Assembly: GCA_017499595.2 (NCBI GenBank)
Contig: CM039004.1
Span: 1,426,001-1,490,000, forward strand
Origin: Psilocybe cubensis
Taxonomy: Eukaryota
Length of the DNA stretch: 64,000 nucleotides
Direction: 5' to 3'
The notes below the pieces were generated by a model. It was not told the origin of the DNA. It did not search any database and saw only the letters and a list, made by a program, of their open reading frames with translations. Position numbers and translations under genes: made by a program. Below, piece by piece: positions 1 through 14,300 of this stretch (position 1 is the stretch's first letter; each line of letters starts with the position of its first letter).

Positions 1-1098
1 CGCGCTCCTGCGTGCACTCTCTAACCTCCGCCGGCTGGACATCAGTCCCACGGTGGGGATGCACATATATTGGGAGCGCTTACCCGGCGATCTGAAAAGG
101 GCACTGGAGGGGAGCATGAAGTTGGCGTCGTTGACGGAGCTGAAGCTCGGTGGTGTGGCATTCGTAGATTTTGGAGAGGTGCACGAGGTTTTGAGGAAGT
201 GTGTGTTTTTGAGAGTACTAGAGGTGGACCATCTGCTGGTGCAGGATGAGAGTTTAGAGGAGTTATCCTCAGCACTTGCAGAAGCAAAATATGTGTACTC
301 CGCCTCGGACCCCAGAAAGACAAAAGGAACACGAGATCGAACGCCTTTGGACGTGCTTGTTATTGGACCCAGGACTCCGACTGCATTTGTTGCTTTCCTG
401 CTTGACGAAGCATCACCATTTGCAGTGGACGCGGTAAGAAAGCTGACAGCATCCCTCTCTGGAAGCTTTCCGGAGTTCGCGAGGCTGTTGCACGCCTGCA
501 CGTCTGTTGAGAATCTAGAACTGACTCTCATGAACGACGGTGACCGCTCTTCCAACACGCAAATTTTTGTTGCTGACAATTCCCATTCATAGTAAGCCTT
601 CAGGGATATTGGACGTTGCCAGACAACCAGCGCTTTGATTTATCTCAAGTACCGCGTTTGAAAAATCTCAAAGTTAACATCGACGTGTTGCAGAAAATGG
701 ACGATCCACTACCTTGGTTGGGAGCTCTGTTCAGAACGGGGGTTGATGCATCCCTGCCGACGAGGCTAAACAAAGTCGAGTCAATTTGGATCGTGTATTC
801 CATCTATCTCCCCGCACCATACATGGACAGGTCCGCCAATGTCGCGATATTCGATAAATGGAGGGATATAGATCGTATCCTGAGTGGTGAAAGTGACTCG
901 ATCGAAGCAGAGAAACAGGGTATTATACATATAGATGGGCCGTATGGGAATTTGAACCGGGTCAAGTTGGATTTTATGTTGGAGAATCCGATCGGGTTTG
1001 GTATAGCACCGAGGTTTATGAGGGAGTTGGTGCTTGAAAGTCCTGGTTTGGAGAGAAAGGACATCCTGCGCGTGAAAGCGTTCGACACGAGTAAATAG
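1..1098 (+). CDS. 3' part of an agaric F-box/LRR-like hypothetical protein (5' end outside window)
   Basis: Frame open from base 2 (ALLRALSNLRRLDIS...). GT-AG intron 540-592 joins ORFs 53..592 and 616..1098 in frame (..MND-V-SLQGYW..). LxxLxL repeats and a W-x-x-I-D-x-x-L segment are typical of agaric F-box/LRR C-termini. Confidence 0.6.
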
Positions 1099-1727
1099 CC
1101 ATCAAAATATTCCTTTAGTCGATTAACATTCCGGGTAGCAGTGTGGAAGGGATCGTATTGTTATTATATAGATATATAGTAAAACTATGTCCTGGACGAA
1201 ATGAAAGGTACGCAGCTTTGAGGATGTTCGACTCATTCAAAACATCGTCCCGTTGGATACAAAGGTAGACATTCTGCAGAGACGCAATTTTATATTGCCG
1301 CATTGTTTAACGACCATGCATGTAGAGCAATCTTGTGCACGACGTTGATATACGCGGCGGTCCTCGTGAACTTGAAGCTTGAACTAAACAGGCTGACAAT
1401 AGCTGGAAGATGAAAACTGAGAGAAGTAACTAAAAAGATTTGTGTGATCCAATGAGAATATGCGAGATTAGAGAATGACAATGGGCGCTGAACATGCAAA
1501 ATAAATGTTCAGAGGAAAAAATGAGCCCCCACAATTTGTGTGTCAGCATTGTTGTGGACTGTTAGAAATCGAAGCCATTGTTAAGTGGGCCAATGACACG
1601 ATCGTGATCAATTGGTATTTCACGTTTATTACACACCGTCAATTGCGCGACTGGCTCGTTGACCTCTTCCCTTTCGTGCTGTTCGACCAAGGAGTTTCCT
1701 TTTAACAAGTTTCTCAAGTAAAACCCC

Positions 1728-4300
1728 ATGAGAAATTTGGCCGACACTGGAATCAGCCTACCTCCAAATCCTCATTTCCTTGACTTTCCGAGAACAGACG
1801 GAAATCCTAGCACATGGCCGCCGAATACAACGCGTATTGTTGATCATGAAGGACAGGTCAATTACTACGAACATGTAGGACTGGAACATTCTCAATCTAT
1901 CCGATGGAGAATGGCTATCGGAGATGCTGTTGGTTTGAAGTTGAAATTGGCTGGTAATCGCGATTGTTTTCACGCGGGCGCTAATACCTAAAATCTCATT
2001 GCAGAGGGACCGAAATACGTTCTTCGGGATTTTCCCGAAGGGTATCGACTCTTTGATCACAATAAGGGTCCCCACAAGGCTCCCAGACACGATCTGTATC
2101 TATTCGGTGCGACTCCTTTTGAATTTAGACAGGCATTGAGGCTAATTTTCGCGCATTAAAAGGCCCTGTCAAGAAGCGTTTTCGTTCTGTAAATGAGTTT
2201 ATACCCCATGCCATTTGGCTCATGGGAGATGGATCAGATGACTGCGAATGCAAATATTGCGGCAAGGTCAAAAAACCCCAGCGTGAAATCACAGCTTCCA
2301 TGAGCAATATCCTTCGCACAACACCATCAATGTCACCATCACCGAAGTCCCACAGAATCTACACTCATCGTGACAAAGGAAAGGGTAAAGAAAAGGAGTC
2401 TACCACTCGGAGGATCCCGCCTCGACCTCGCGATACTAAAGTATACGCGGCCGTCCAGCAAACAGTGACACCTATAAAGCCTTCCTCGGGGATCCTTCAA
2501 CAGCCGATGTTGGTAGAACGCGTCAATGATCTTCGCGCTATGAACGCGACCACATCTATGGAACTTCGACGATGGTTTAGAGACGGAGAGGTGATATGGT
2601 GTGCTTTACCCCGCCCAATATTAGCTCCAGATGGTTCAAATAATGGGTCTATTGAATTTTGGCCAGGCGTCATCGAAGAGATCAGGGTTAAGTCGACGCC
2701 TATCCCACGAGACGTGTCTGCTTCTAGTGTTAATCATAATGTCGATTCTGACTCTCGTACTCCCCAGCCAAGTTCTTCGTCCATGCAAATCGATCCTTCG
2801 GCAGAGGGAGATCAAGTGGGTACAATCCTGCCCAATACCGATGAACCCCTACCATGGACTGTTCGCCAGTATACTAGATATAAAGTCCAACTACTGGGAA
2901 TCTCTCATTCACTCACAATCGATGACTCTCAAGCCCTCCCATACCAAGCATACATCCCCCCAGACCAGCTCATCCACAACTTGACTATACTCCCTGTTGA
3001 AAAGCTAAATTTTGAAAGAGAATCTTTATTGAAGTTCAATCCATGTCCCCCCAATGGCATGACCCCACCCTTTTTCGAAGCTGTCTCTGCGTATGCCACT
3101 GCTCTTCAAATTGCATCCATCATATCTTCGACATGGTGCCTTACAGATGATTTCACTGTCCGATACAATCTGCCGCCCACTCCCAAATCAAGTTCAAAAC
3201 ATATGCCGCCACCTCCTCTACCATCCCAATCTGCCTCTGCTCCTCCTCTGCAAAGTTCGTCGTCACAAATTACCCCTTCAATGACTTTGGCCGCTGCTAT
3301 TCAAGAAGCCGGTCGTCGCAATGCCCAGAGTAGCAGTACACCGCTTTACAAAGGCGTCTCGACTATCGATTCGTCATTGCCTGCAGAACAGTCACAAAAA
3401 ATAATAGAACGTGTCATGGGTTTGCCTCCACCTCCCTCTCACATTGTACAAACACGATTCCAAGGTCTTTGGTGGGGGACCGAAAGGATATGGGCAAACG
3501 ACTTTATACGGCTCAAAGTTCCGCGACGCACCATGGGACCTAAAGGTGGCCCTAATATATTACCGGCATCAGGTCCTGGTAAACGGTCGATAGAACAATG
3601 GCAAGCGCTGGGTAAAGATATCTCTGAGTTGGGAGCTGGTACCCGTGGAGTTTTCTTGCGCCTGGACGGTCTGGTGACGGTAGATGTGATCACTGAAAGG
3701 GGGGTGATCAAGAAGGAGGCACGAATCTGTGGGATGTTGTACGAACTGGCAGATATCGATTGGGATGACCCCGAAGAAGTTGCCTCGGCTGAAAAAGCTG
3801 GCCCAAATTCTTCTCAAGATCAACAAAATCCACCTGCGGGAATTTCAGAATCTGTTTCAGGTAACGGTAGTACAGCACCACCGAGCAACCCACCACCCTT
3901 ATCTGCGCCTGCGCAAGGCAAGGAGTTGCCTCAACCCCCCATGGGCTACAGATTCCGACCCATCATCACGCCAGGCCACGAATTTGTTGGATCCATGGCT
4001 CTCATCAGTGGTCGTTACTACCCACGAATTTTATCACATCCTAAGATGACATCAAGGATCAACACTGTCCTTTCTCGGTCTGTTGAAGAGGGCGGAGTGT
4101 CTGGATTTGACAATCTCTGGGCACTGGAGGGGCTGTCTGCGGGCTACTACAATTCTGTGGACCCGCAGCGGTACAAGAAAAGCAGAGTTGCGATGATGCA
4201 GGATGCTGATAAACAGGCATTAGAGGAGTTGCAGGCGTATGTACAACTGAAGAAGGCAGAAGCAAAGAAGGACGAGGATGCTATGGAGGTAGATGGCTGA
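1728..4300 (+). CDS. clr2: Cryptic loci regulator 2 (Clr2) family transcriptional silencing protein
   Basis: Introns 1954-2004 and 2107-2162 give YVLRDFPEGYRLFDHNKG..RHDLYLFG..RFRSVNEFIPHAIWL..CECKYC (Clr2 N-terminal signature), then FRDGEVIW and GLWWGTERIWANDFIRL (Clr2 C-terminal BAH-like region). Confidence 0.85.
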
Positions 4301-4648
4301 TGATTTGTTCAAGTCGCGTAGTATATACTTTGTGTAAATATAAATTGTTGTTTACTACTACTGCATTGGTCTATTCACGGACGGTGACAGCGTTTCCGTG
4401 ACAAAGAACATGATCACCACTTGGACTGGAGCCAACTAGTCAGATTAACGTGTCAAGGGCATCCAGCTCCCCTTTCCAGTAGAGGAACCGTCGGCGTGCT
4501 CCCCTAATCGCCAATTTACATCCACCCGCTTTTTCATATTCGCCTGCCATCGAAATCCACCTCGGCGGTTCCTCCAGTCAACCTTGTTTTCTCGCGCTTA
4601 TAACGCCTTCTCGCTTTTCTCCCTTTCTTGGTCCTGGCCTCTTTCGAT

Positions 4649-7552
4649 ATGGGTTCAGTCAGCGTCGTTTCATCGCAGAGCTCCAGTTACAGTAATCCGT
4701 CTGTGTCTAGCCTCAACTATCTTCCACCCTCCTCCGCATCAATTTTATCCAGCCACTCTGCGTCATCGTCCAGGTTGTCACTCGATCTCGATGATGAAGG
4801 TATAAACTTCTTCCGTACGCGTTGGCGATGCATCGTTGATGATTTATCTTGCAGAGAATGTCACCATTACTGCCAACCGCGCCATTTCGAAGAAATTGGG
4901 CAAACAGAAGAGCTCCGAGTTCGTCGCGAGTTACATTGCTTTTGTTCTAGTCTGACTCTTGCAACAGGGATATTCGTCTTTTAGCCATGTCGACGCATAT
5001 AACTGAGCTTTCTTATGCGATATCGGACATTCAGACTCGTATATTTGGTGTGTACAATCTACTAACTGCCACACCAACTCTGCTCTTATCTGACTTGTAA
5101 TACAGAGATTCAGGAACTGCGCCATAAATCTCAATCATCGGACGGTGCAGATGCAAGCACTACAAGCATTATCGACCAATCTCTCATGACCCTAGATGAA
5201 CGGTTGGAAACCGTCGAGAAAGGCATCAAGAATATCAACGAAACTCTGGAACCCCTCTTGCAAACCGCCGCGACGCCAACGGTCTCAGAAAGCGGCATTA
5301 GCAGCGACAACGCGGCATTGCTTCGTAAACATGCCACCCTAATATCGGAGTGGGAGTCTGTCCAGGATGAAAGCGAAGTGCTGAGAGAGGAACTAAAGGA
5401 AGACAAGTGGCTTACTGTCTTTAGAACCGTCACCGACCAAGCGGATGGCATGATGTCTAGTCTGGAAAAGGCGGTTACCAGGTGTCAAGTATATCCTTCA
5501 ATTCATTTCATGTCGCGCCCATGTATCTCATTATTTCATAGGAGTTTATATGGCAAGTCCATCGCCGAGGAGCGGACGACTTTCAGTCCAATGGTGCTCT
5601 GCCTTCTCGAAACGACAAAGTTTCCTTAAATTATGAAAGTTTCAGCACACTTCTGGATTCGTATGAAGCTAAGAAGAAGTACGTGGGCTCTCGATTTGAT
5701 GGAGATAGGGGTGCTCATACAATTATGCAGACATTACATGCCTGCCACCTCTAAAGTTCTTTCTATCATTGATAAAGGTGTTCGCGATCGTGTCACGAAA
5801 AACGGAGAAACCTTGCGAAGGCATGCGGAATCTGCCCAACGTTGGAAAAATCTTCGCGAACGAATTTCACGAACAGATGCGGAGATGGAGAGTACGAGGA
5901 AACTTCTTTTGAACGAGGATGGCGGATCTGAACACGAATCGACAACGTCTGGTACTACATCCACCAAAAACGGGCATTTGGCAACACCCCCTAGTGGATC
6001 GCGTATGTCAAGAGTAAGTTCAGCCAGCTCGACACTATCTGGCTCAATATCACCCTTCCGCAAATTTGCTCGCAAGATCACAGGTCAGTCGAAACCGACT
6101 AGTCCAATAGCGATATCTCCGCTGGCTGTGAGCAAGAAAACAACAACGTCGAGCATCGAGCTTTCGACATCAGCACCTCCTCCGCCTTCGTCAATGCGAA
6201 AGCAGAGAACGTCTGTATTTAATTCTGTTCGCGGAGCACCTCCCATTATTCCAACTACACCCGAAAGACCCAGCCATAAACACAGTCAAAGTTATACGCC
6301 AGATGCCTCTCCTCATGGGCCCAAAACCGAGAAGAGTGAATTCAACCCTTCGTCGACTTCCCGGAGCACAGCACCTCAACGGCAGCGATGGAACAGTTCT
6401 ACGAAAGTGGAGCCTTTTGACGATCGCAATTCCACAATCAAAGGACTTCCCAAGAGGTCACCCTCCTCTACTGGATATTACGCTAATAACGATGATATTC
6501 CACCAGTACCACCGCTTTCTACCCCTTATCGACGGAGTCTATCCCGGGCCTCAATGGCTTCATCTCGACCATGGTCACCTGTTACTTCTTCAAATTCCAC
6601 GACGTACTCTTCTTCTCAATTTCATCATCCACCTGTATTAGTACCTACGTTAAGGACACCGTCTCGAGCGCAAACACCATCTCGAGCTATTACCCCTGGC
6701 CTCGCTACAACACCTCGTACCAGACCGAAAACTCCAAGCCACATCCCAGCGCCCTCTAAGACGCCAAGGTCTGTATCAGGCGCGAAATCTGTTGGTGGGT
6801 GGGATGACGAAGATGGATATTTCAATCGATCGCATTCCCCTTCTTTTTCAGCGTCTGGTGTAAGCTCGGCTTCCCCTACTGCCAAAGTTCACCCACCACG
6901 GCCACCAAGTCGGTCGATGATTCCTGTACCTAGTGTGCATCTGCACACGCCATCTAGACCGTCATCCGTGATGTCGAACTTTAGTCGATCAGAGAGTCCG
7001 ACGATGAGGTTCAAGGCGTCTGCTATGCGTGCCCAGACGCCTGAACATGCTCTCCGTGCACGTGCACAACAGGTGCCTGTTTTCCATGGCACCATGCCTC
7101 GAGCTAGGGTATCGACTAATAAACTTCCTCCTTCGAGTTTTAAGGATGGGACCGCCAGTCGTGTACCTTCTCGACCTGGATCCCGAGCTGGTGCCTATAC
7201 GCCATCAATGGACCAGTTGCCCTTGCATGAATATATTCCTGGAAGCAACTTTGATCCTCTTGACGTTGAGGTGGCTGCTGTAGTGAATGCCATTCCTCAT
7301 GGACTGCTTGTTGAACGCGTAGATCCTCCTCTCAAAAAGAACCAGATCCCGAAGGAAGGAGAGGAAATCAAAGCGCAATATGCATTTTCTAATTCACTAA
7401 GTCGGAAAGTAATCACCTGCCGATTGACGACTTTGGCAAGACCGGGCAGAACAGCTGAAGGAAATACCATAACCAAGAAGGTTATGTGTCGCGTTGGCGG
7501 CGGGTGGCAAGATTTGAGCCACTACATCCTCAACCGCCAAGCTGGTCTCTAG
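4649..7552 (+). CDS. Kar9-like coiled-coil protein with C-terminal GAS2/GAR microtubule-binding domain
   Basis: Multi-exon. EWESVQDESEVLREELKEDKWLTVFR resembles the KAR9 family core. Long Ser/Pro/Arg-rich region with SxIP motifs. C-terminal KKVMCRVGGGWQDLSHYI is the GAS2/GAR motif. Confidence 0.8.
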
Positions 7553-8751
7553 AGAATGGACGGCTGTTTCCTTCATGCTTTAACGCGCTTTTACGATACA
7601 CATCTCTGCAAGACCAACCGAGCGAACGATTCTCATAAGCGCGCGGCAATTATGCATTATTTCATGACACTTTTTGTTTTCTTCCATGCACGTACATATA
7701 TCTTTTTTACGCTTCACACTTGGAAAAAGTCATTATTCATACTGTAATTCTACACTCGTTATATGTCTTTCTCTCACCCGCTGTCGATTCGCACAATACT
7801 CTCTTTTTCCTCGGCCACTTATCTTCTTACACAACGCCGTATATCGCTTCACCCTTTTTTCCGCACTGTCGTTGTCGCTATGTTAATCCCTCTTGTCATT
7901 GTTGGCTCGCTCCATGTGTTACTTTTTGCATGATAACAATACGTTTACATTAGCCTTTGTGTTGTCTTTGCAAGTCGGCCCGTACTCCAATTCCCCCGGG
8001 CATTATCATTCTTCGCTTCCGTTAGCCTAAAAATATATGTCTTAATGTTTGGGATAAGGTGTTTGCCCTGGACACTTTGCAAGTGCCGGTTTCAACTTAG
8101 CACACAGCCCTCATGGGAACCTCATTTACGGTTTAAAGAATTACGACACTTTACGAATTAAACGGTGATATTTTTGCCGATTTTGTCGTTCGCGTGCGTA
8201 TTCTCGTGCCCAAGTCTCGTTTTTGCCTCGAGGCTCTAATGAATCAAGCACAGATTATCGCAATCTCAAATACGGGAAGTGGATTAGGGCTTTGCTGCTG
8301 TTAAAAGCACGTTGGCGCCTATCGATGGACTCGGCGTAGATTAAATGTCTTGTCGTTACTGGGTTAATCGCGTGCCGCAGGGGCGTGTAACTTTGTAGTC
8401 GGGCATTTGAAAGTCCTTGATACAAAGATGGAATGTAATGTCCAAAGTAGCATTGATCTGAATCATGAGGATAAGATATGTCTGTTCGGATGGGCTCGGG
8501 AATACAAAGAATCAGTTGACTTGTGACTGCCGCCACCTCGAACCTGTCTGGATGCTAATTGTAAACTCTCGGACGTAGACTGGAACGATCGGTGACAAAC
8601 TGGAAGCTCTGCTTCTGGTGTGTTCCTCCCTTGATGCAATGTATCAGTTCCGTCCTGAATCCCCGTTGACTTCCGTTAATGGGCGGCCGCTATGGTATAA
8701 ATGAAGTGGAGGTTTGGATGACTTCCGGCTTCATTCTCCCCCAGTCGTACA

Positions 8752-11127
8752 ATGCCCAAGCTCACGTTCATCAAGTCTAAGCCAAAGTTGGGGGACGAGT
8801 CCATTTCATCGCCGCCATCACCGCCCGCGCCGGCGACGAAACTGCACAGATTTCCTGGCAAAGTGGCCAAGAAGGTTAAAAAGCAGCTTTGGCGCATCGA
8901 TGAAATGCTGCACCACGTGACGCATACCAAACACGAGCCGGGGCACAAACACGAGACTCAAGTCGTCCAGCTCAGCGGCCGTAAGAGAACGATCTCTGCC
9001 TCCTCCACCTCCTCCACACCCGCCAAGTTCATCCGCGCCTTCCTTCCCTCCTCTCCCTCCTCCTTTCGCAGTACACGCACCTGGAGCTCCAAGTACGTTC
9101 GTGAAGTCGACAGCGATCAGCTCAGCTCTACTTCTTCAGAACACCTGCCAGCCTTTACGCTTCACCCCTCGCCGTTAGACTCCTCTATGGCCGAGGAACA
9201 GCGCGAGGTTCCACAAGAACTGAAGTCTGTCGAGGAAACTCCTGCTAAACCAAACCCAATTTTTGCCAGCCCTCCAACAGTGTATGTAGCACCAGAGACT
9301 CCCGATCCCTTCTTGGTTGATGAAGAAGGTGACGCTCTCTCTGATGAGGACGATGGTACTGCCCGGGGTACTGCTTCTCCAGCAACTGTATCTCCTGCAC
9401 ACAATGTTCCCCTCGATCTACCGACGACGCCTTCTCCAGACCCAGATCATGCCCAACGACAACGACCGCCTACATCCCCTCTTCCCGATGTCAACAAGGA
9501 AGTCCCACCTACACCGTTGACAGACAGTGAGGAAGAGGAAGAGGAAGTGCCTGATATTTATGTCCCGACTCTCATTGTTCCAACCATGTTCTTGCCAATA
9601 CCGAATGTACGCCTTCAGTTTTCCTCCAACCATTTGACATGGTGGTTACGCAGAAATTTAATGTACAATACTTGTATTAGACCGACCCTTTGACTACTCT
9701 CCTCAACAAATATATTTATCCACCAGAGAAGCGTCCCGCGCGAGATTTAACTGGAGAATGGCAAACAAATGATTTCCATACGTTGGTCGTGAGTAGGCCC
9801 CCGTTGACCATCTGAGAATATAACCGATGAATATTTTGTTCACTGTTCCGTAAAATATACTAGATGACCAATAGTTGGCGAGCACTGGCTAGAATGGCCC
9901 GAGACCGACTAGTGACATCAGACCCGTCTGATTTGACCTTGATTCTGGGTGTAAGCATTCAAACAACTATCTTCTCATGAGACGATAAAACAACCGGTGT
10001 TAACGATAGTCACGCCCTCGTTATCCTTCTAGCTCTGGCACCTCCGCTTATCTTGCCTGGCTCGACTGCGTTTGTTCAATCAGACATCGGCGGAATGCAC
10101 CAACCTTTTCAATGTACTAAACGGCATTGAACCCCTCGAGGCACGAGAGTATGTCTTTGAGCGCATCCTACCCTTTGAGCTCGAGGTCATGTATGCCCGC
10201 TTGAAGTATTGGGCGGGAGACCATATGGGCTACCTCGATGCTCTGTATGCTCTTCTCAAAAAATGCCGCGAAAAGTGTCGTCAATCTGGGAACGACGAAA
10301 CGCTCGTACCTATGTGGAAAGAAAGAGGAGGTCGAGTCTGTTTGATCATTGCTTCCCAAATGGTAGAAATGAAGGTATGTGTACAGACAATCCGGTGTTT
10401 GTCCTGCCTCTGACCTGCCCCTATAGGAAATAACAGCTGCGGCTAAGCTGTTGGAACCACTGTGCCAGCAGGGTGACATCTCGAGCCCTCCCTTGCGCTC
10501 GGCGGTTGCGCGCATTTATCTTCAAGGTGGCAATGTTCAGATGGCTGCGAAGCATTTTGCCCTGGTCGAAGCAGATCCCACGGCGGATGAAACTTTGCGA
10601 AATATGAATGCAGCAATGCTCGCTTCTGCTCAAGGGCAGTGGACAGATGCCAGTGACGTGTTACAAAAGATTTTGGAAGACGACGCCAATAACTTTGCGG
10701 TAGACTGTTTTCTACAAATATCCTTTATGATTCAAAAGTTTATCGAATCTTTGCCTAGGCCATTAATAACTTATCCGTGGCGCTCCTTAGCCAAGGAAAG
10801 TTGAAGGAAGTAAGCATGATCTGTCGAATTGAGAATATGTTATTGACCAATTTCTCTGTTTAGGGAATAGAGGTTCTTGAAAAAGCTCTTCGTACCTCCC
10901 CGTCGAGCGTCGTAGTCGCTGAGCCGTTTTTATTCAATTTATGTACGTTTTTGCCACTATCCTATACGAATTATCCCACGTATTTAGCATGTTTATTACA
11001 ATTAGCTACTCTATACGAACTCCGTGCCACCAGTGGGCTTGAAAAGAAGAAGCAACTGCTCGTTGAGGTCGCTAAATGGAGTGGTGACGGCTTGAGAACT
11101 AATAGTCTTAAGATGCCTGCCAACTAA
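8752..11127 (+). CDS. TRAPPC12: TRAPP complex subunit 12 (TRAPPC12/TTC15, TPR protein) with long disordered N-terminus
   Basis: Spliced exons give SWRALARMARD..LWHLRLSCLARLRLF..ILPFELEVMYARL..NNLSVALLSQG..FLFNLSTLYELR; stop at 11125-11127. TATAAAT at about 8696. Confidence 0.8.
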
Positions 11128-11355
11128 AGCAGAAAGTAACACTTGGTAACAGTGTCGTTGACTCTGATAAAGGTTTACACTATGGTGTTTTTACCGGAAA
11201 ACACCTTCGTACAAAGATAATCTGAAGCACGACCGTGGTGGTCTCGACTTTGAGCATTCACAAATGAGGTAAACCTAACCAACATTCACCATGGTTGATG
11301 AGATATTGCAACATAATTATCATACCATTTATCTTATGCAATGTTTGGTACCTAA

Positions 11356-14300
11356 TCAGTGAGATTGAACGGGATGCCCGCCCATTATTTTATTTATGGT
11401 ATTTGTCCGTAATATGGTGTCCGAAAACAGACTTCGGACTAAATTCACAAGTTCGTCAACTTGGAAATCAACAAGTGCGCCTTGTTCAAACAAATATGTT
11501 ATATCTGCCAAGGATGCCTCCTATTATGTACAATTAGTATGACGATATTCAAACAGGATAGGAAACGAACCAAAAGTTCGGAGAGATATGAAAACTTGAG
11601 CCAGTTAGGTACAAATTCCAAGACGAAAGAGGGCTAGTGCAAATATGTTATCCCTACTGTCATTGTGTCGGTTGAGAGTCGAGTAAAAACACACCTCCTG
11701 TGGATCCTCGCTGAAAAGACCTTCCAGTGCAGTTAGAATGCGACAAAGTTCGCTTATTCTATGCGATTCAACTTCGGGTATATCCGACAGGGCCAGTACG
11801 TCTTGCAAAATTCTCAGAAGGGCGGTATCGACGACTGCACCAAGTGCAGAATAGTATTTGTGTTTGGTCAGGATACCCTGATCAATACCCGTATTTTATG
11901 GGAAGCTGATCGAAGAATAGTAACGAGCGAGAAACGTACCTTCAAATTTTGGGCAAGACGTTTGATATGTTGAAGTGTTTCATTGACCGCTGCTTCGCAT
12001 TCATCGTACCGGTCTTGATCTCCGGTGTAGGTAAATCCTTGGGCCCCGTCGAGTAATATTTGGTTGACTTTGAGCTGCTGACGTTCCTGCAACATGTCAA
12101 GGCTTAAAATGCAACTTTAGGCAAAGGTCTAGACAGAATACACTTACAACAGTATCATCAAACCAATTGTGCCCCAAGATTTGCAGACGATTTCGGCATT
12201 CCATCAATCGTTCTTTAAGGGTGGGCTGTCCGTATATTGTGTCTTCTATTCGCTGAATAGAGCCAGACATATACAGACAGCTGTTTGAAAACAGCATTCC
12301 CCGTTCCGCAGACTCGAGCTCTTTAGAAAATTTAACAGGATATAAGGCCAAATATAGCTCCACTATTGAAGAAGCAGATTGAACGAGAATAGCACCAGGT
12401 GTCGATGCAGAATCCAGCGAAGGTGGAAATAAATTAGATGCGTAAAAGAGTTTGCTCTCATCGATAACGGTCTCAACCATTTTCAAAATGCGTTTCGTTC
12501 TTTTGGGTACTTTGTACAATTCCTTGGGTACAATTGTTGTCACAACGTCTGCGGGACGTTTTGTGCCATTGGAGCGATTGACTTTGGGAGGAGCAACTTT
12601 GGGTGAAGGTGGTAATGTAGGCGATGGTGGTGTAAATGTTATTGTTTGTGGAGGCGTTTCGGGGGTTGGGGGGAATGAAAGTACAGAATGTGTTTTGCCG
12701 TTGAGATGTTTCTTGTTTTTAGACGCCAATTTTTCCAGTCTTGTGGCAGCTTTGGCAGGAGTCGAAGATGCGATCGGCGGGGGTTTGGGTGGTTCGGGCA
12801 CAAGTTCTACAGGGGTAGAATCTTCCCAAGGATCATCCCATGGATTGTCTTCGGGGACATCTTCCGTAGGAGGATCATCATCGTCGTTCCAACCCCACGC
12901 ATCGGCTGGATCAGGTTCTGGGTTCTGGGTCGTATCAGCGACAAACTTTGAATCAACGGGTGTGTTAGAATCAACAGGAGTAATCGGTTCCACCTCTTCA
13001 TCGTTTCCATTTGAAGATTCTGCAGCTGGCGCAATATCCATATCATCGTCAAAGCCCCAACCATCCGCAGGTTCTGCCGTAGAATTTGCAGTAATGGGCT
13101 CATCAAATCCCCATGCATCCTCTCTGAAGTCCTCGTCAGGTTGAACCGGAATGACACTGGGTAATGAGGTTTCAGGGCCGCCTTCCGTATATGCCTCAAA
13201 TATTTCGTTGTCTTCGGGTAGTAAGACTTCTTTACGTGCAAGTTCTAGGATCTCGACTCGCCGTCGCCTTTCGTAGTGACCAGAAACACCATCTGACCAG
13301 AGTCGGATGGACCCTTCTTTTACATCACTCTCCAAAGTAATACCAACATCATGTTCTTCGAAAGATACCGCGCGCTTGAGAAGTTCGAGGTATGACGGGA
13401 GAAGGCCAAAAGAACCAGGCAGTGATGGCATTAAGAGGTTATTGAGAACACTCGTGGTGACAGGTTTGGCTAGGGTCCGTATAAATTGACAACGTTCCTG
13501 TGAGGGAAGATGTGGAAACACATTGGATGACAGAAACTTCAATACAGTTGATACATTATCCAGACGTGTCCTGAGGTCCTCTGTATTTGGTGGGGCGGGG
13601 ATAAGCGATAGCTGTACTTCATGTCCAAGCGAGCTTTTCACTATCACATTATAAGGCTGCTTAAGGATGTGGTCGACAAAGTGTGCCATTAGATCTCTCC
13701 TTAATGTGGACCAGTAACTTGATAACAAGGACGGTTCAAGGGATCGTAGTATGGCGGAAAGGTCAAGGATTGTATCGGACTGTCTCACTATAAGAGACAA
13801 GCAGGTTAGATAACCGTAAATTATTGATTGTTAGGTACTACCTTGCACCCTTGGGTAGACTGTGATTTCAGTCGAAGTGATAGTAATACTCCTTGAGAAT
13901 GCGTCGCTGAGTTGATCTTGCGTTTTTGCTTTGATTGCATTGAATTTTTGCTATACGTCATAAATGTCAACGGTATATCAACCAAACAAGAGTCAGCTCA
14001 CACCTTCAGATCGACAACAACGGAGGTTTGTTTGAGATATTCTGGCATACCATCCACAAGATGCTGTGCCTCAACACTAGACTCTACGGCCTCTGGTAAT
14101 TTACCCTGTTGAACAAATGATAACACAGACAAGTATGCATTTTTGCATTTCACAAGGTATGACCACCCTTGATGCACAGTGGTAGCGTCACTAGCCTCTT
14201 GAGCCAAAGAAGAATGTTTCTCTAAGGTCGAAAGGAGGGTAGGAACGAGTCCAGTCTTGGTAGTGTTAAATATATCTCAGACATAAGAACAGTGATGACA

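Noticed and set aside
8752-9693. Stand-alone 313-aa low-complexity gene
   Set aside because: Intron 9607-9680 links it in frame to the TRAPPC12 exons.
12452-13144. 230-aa plus-strand ORF
   Set aside because: Antisense shadow of the Pro/Asp/Thr-rich Dsl1/ZW10 exon; non-ATG start and no motifs.
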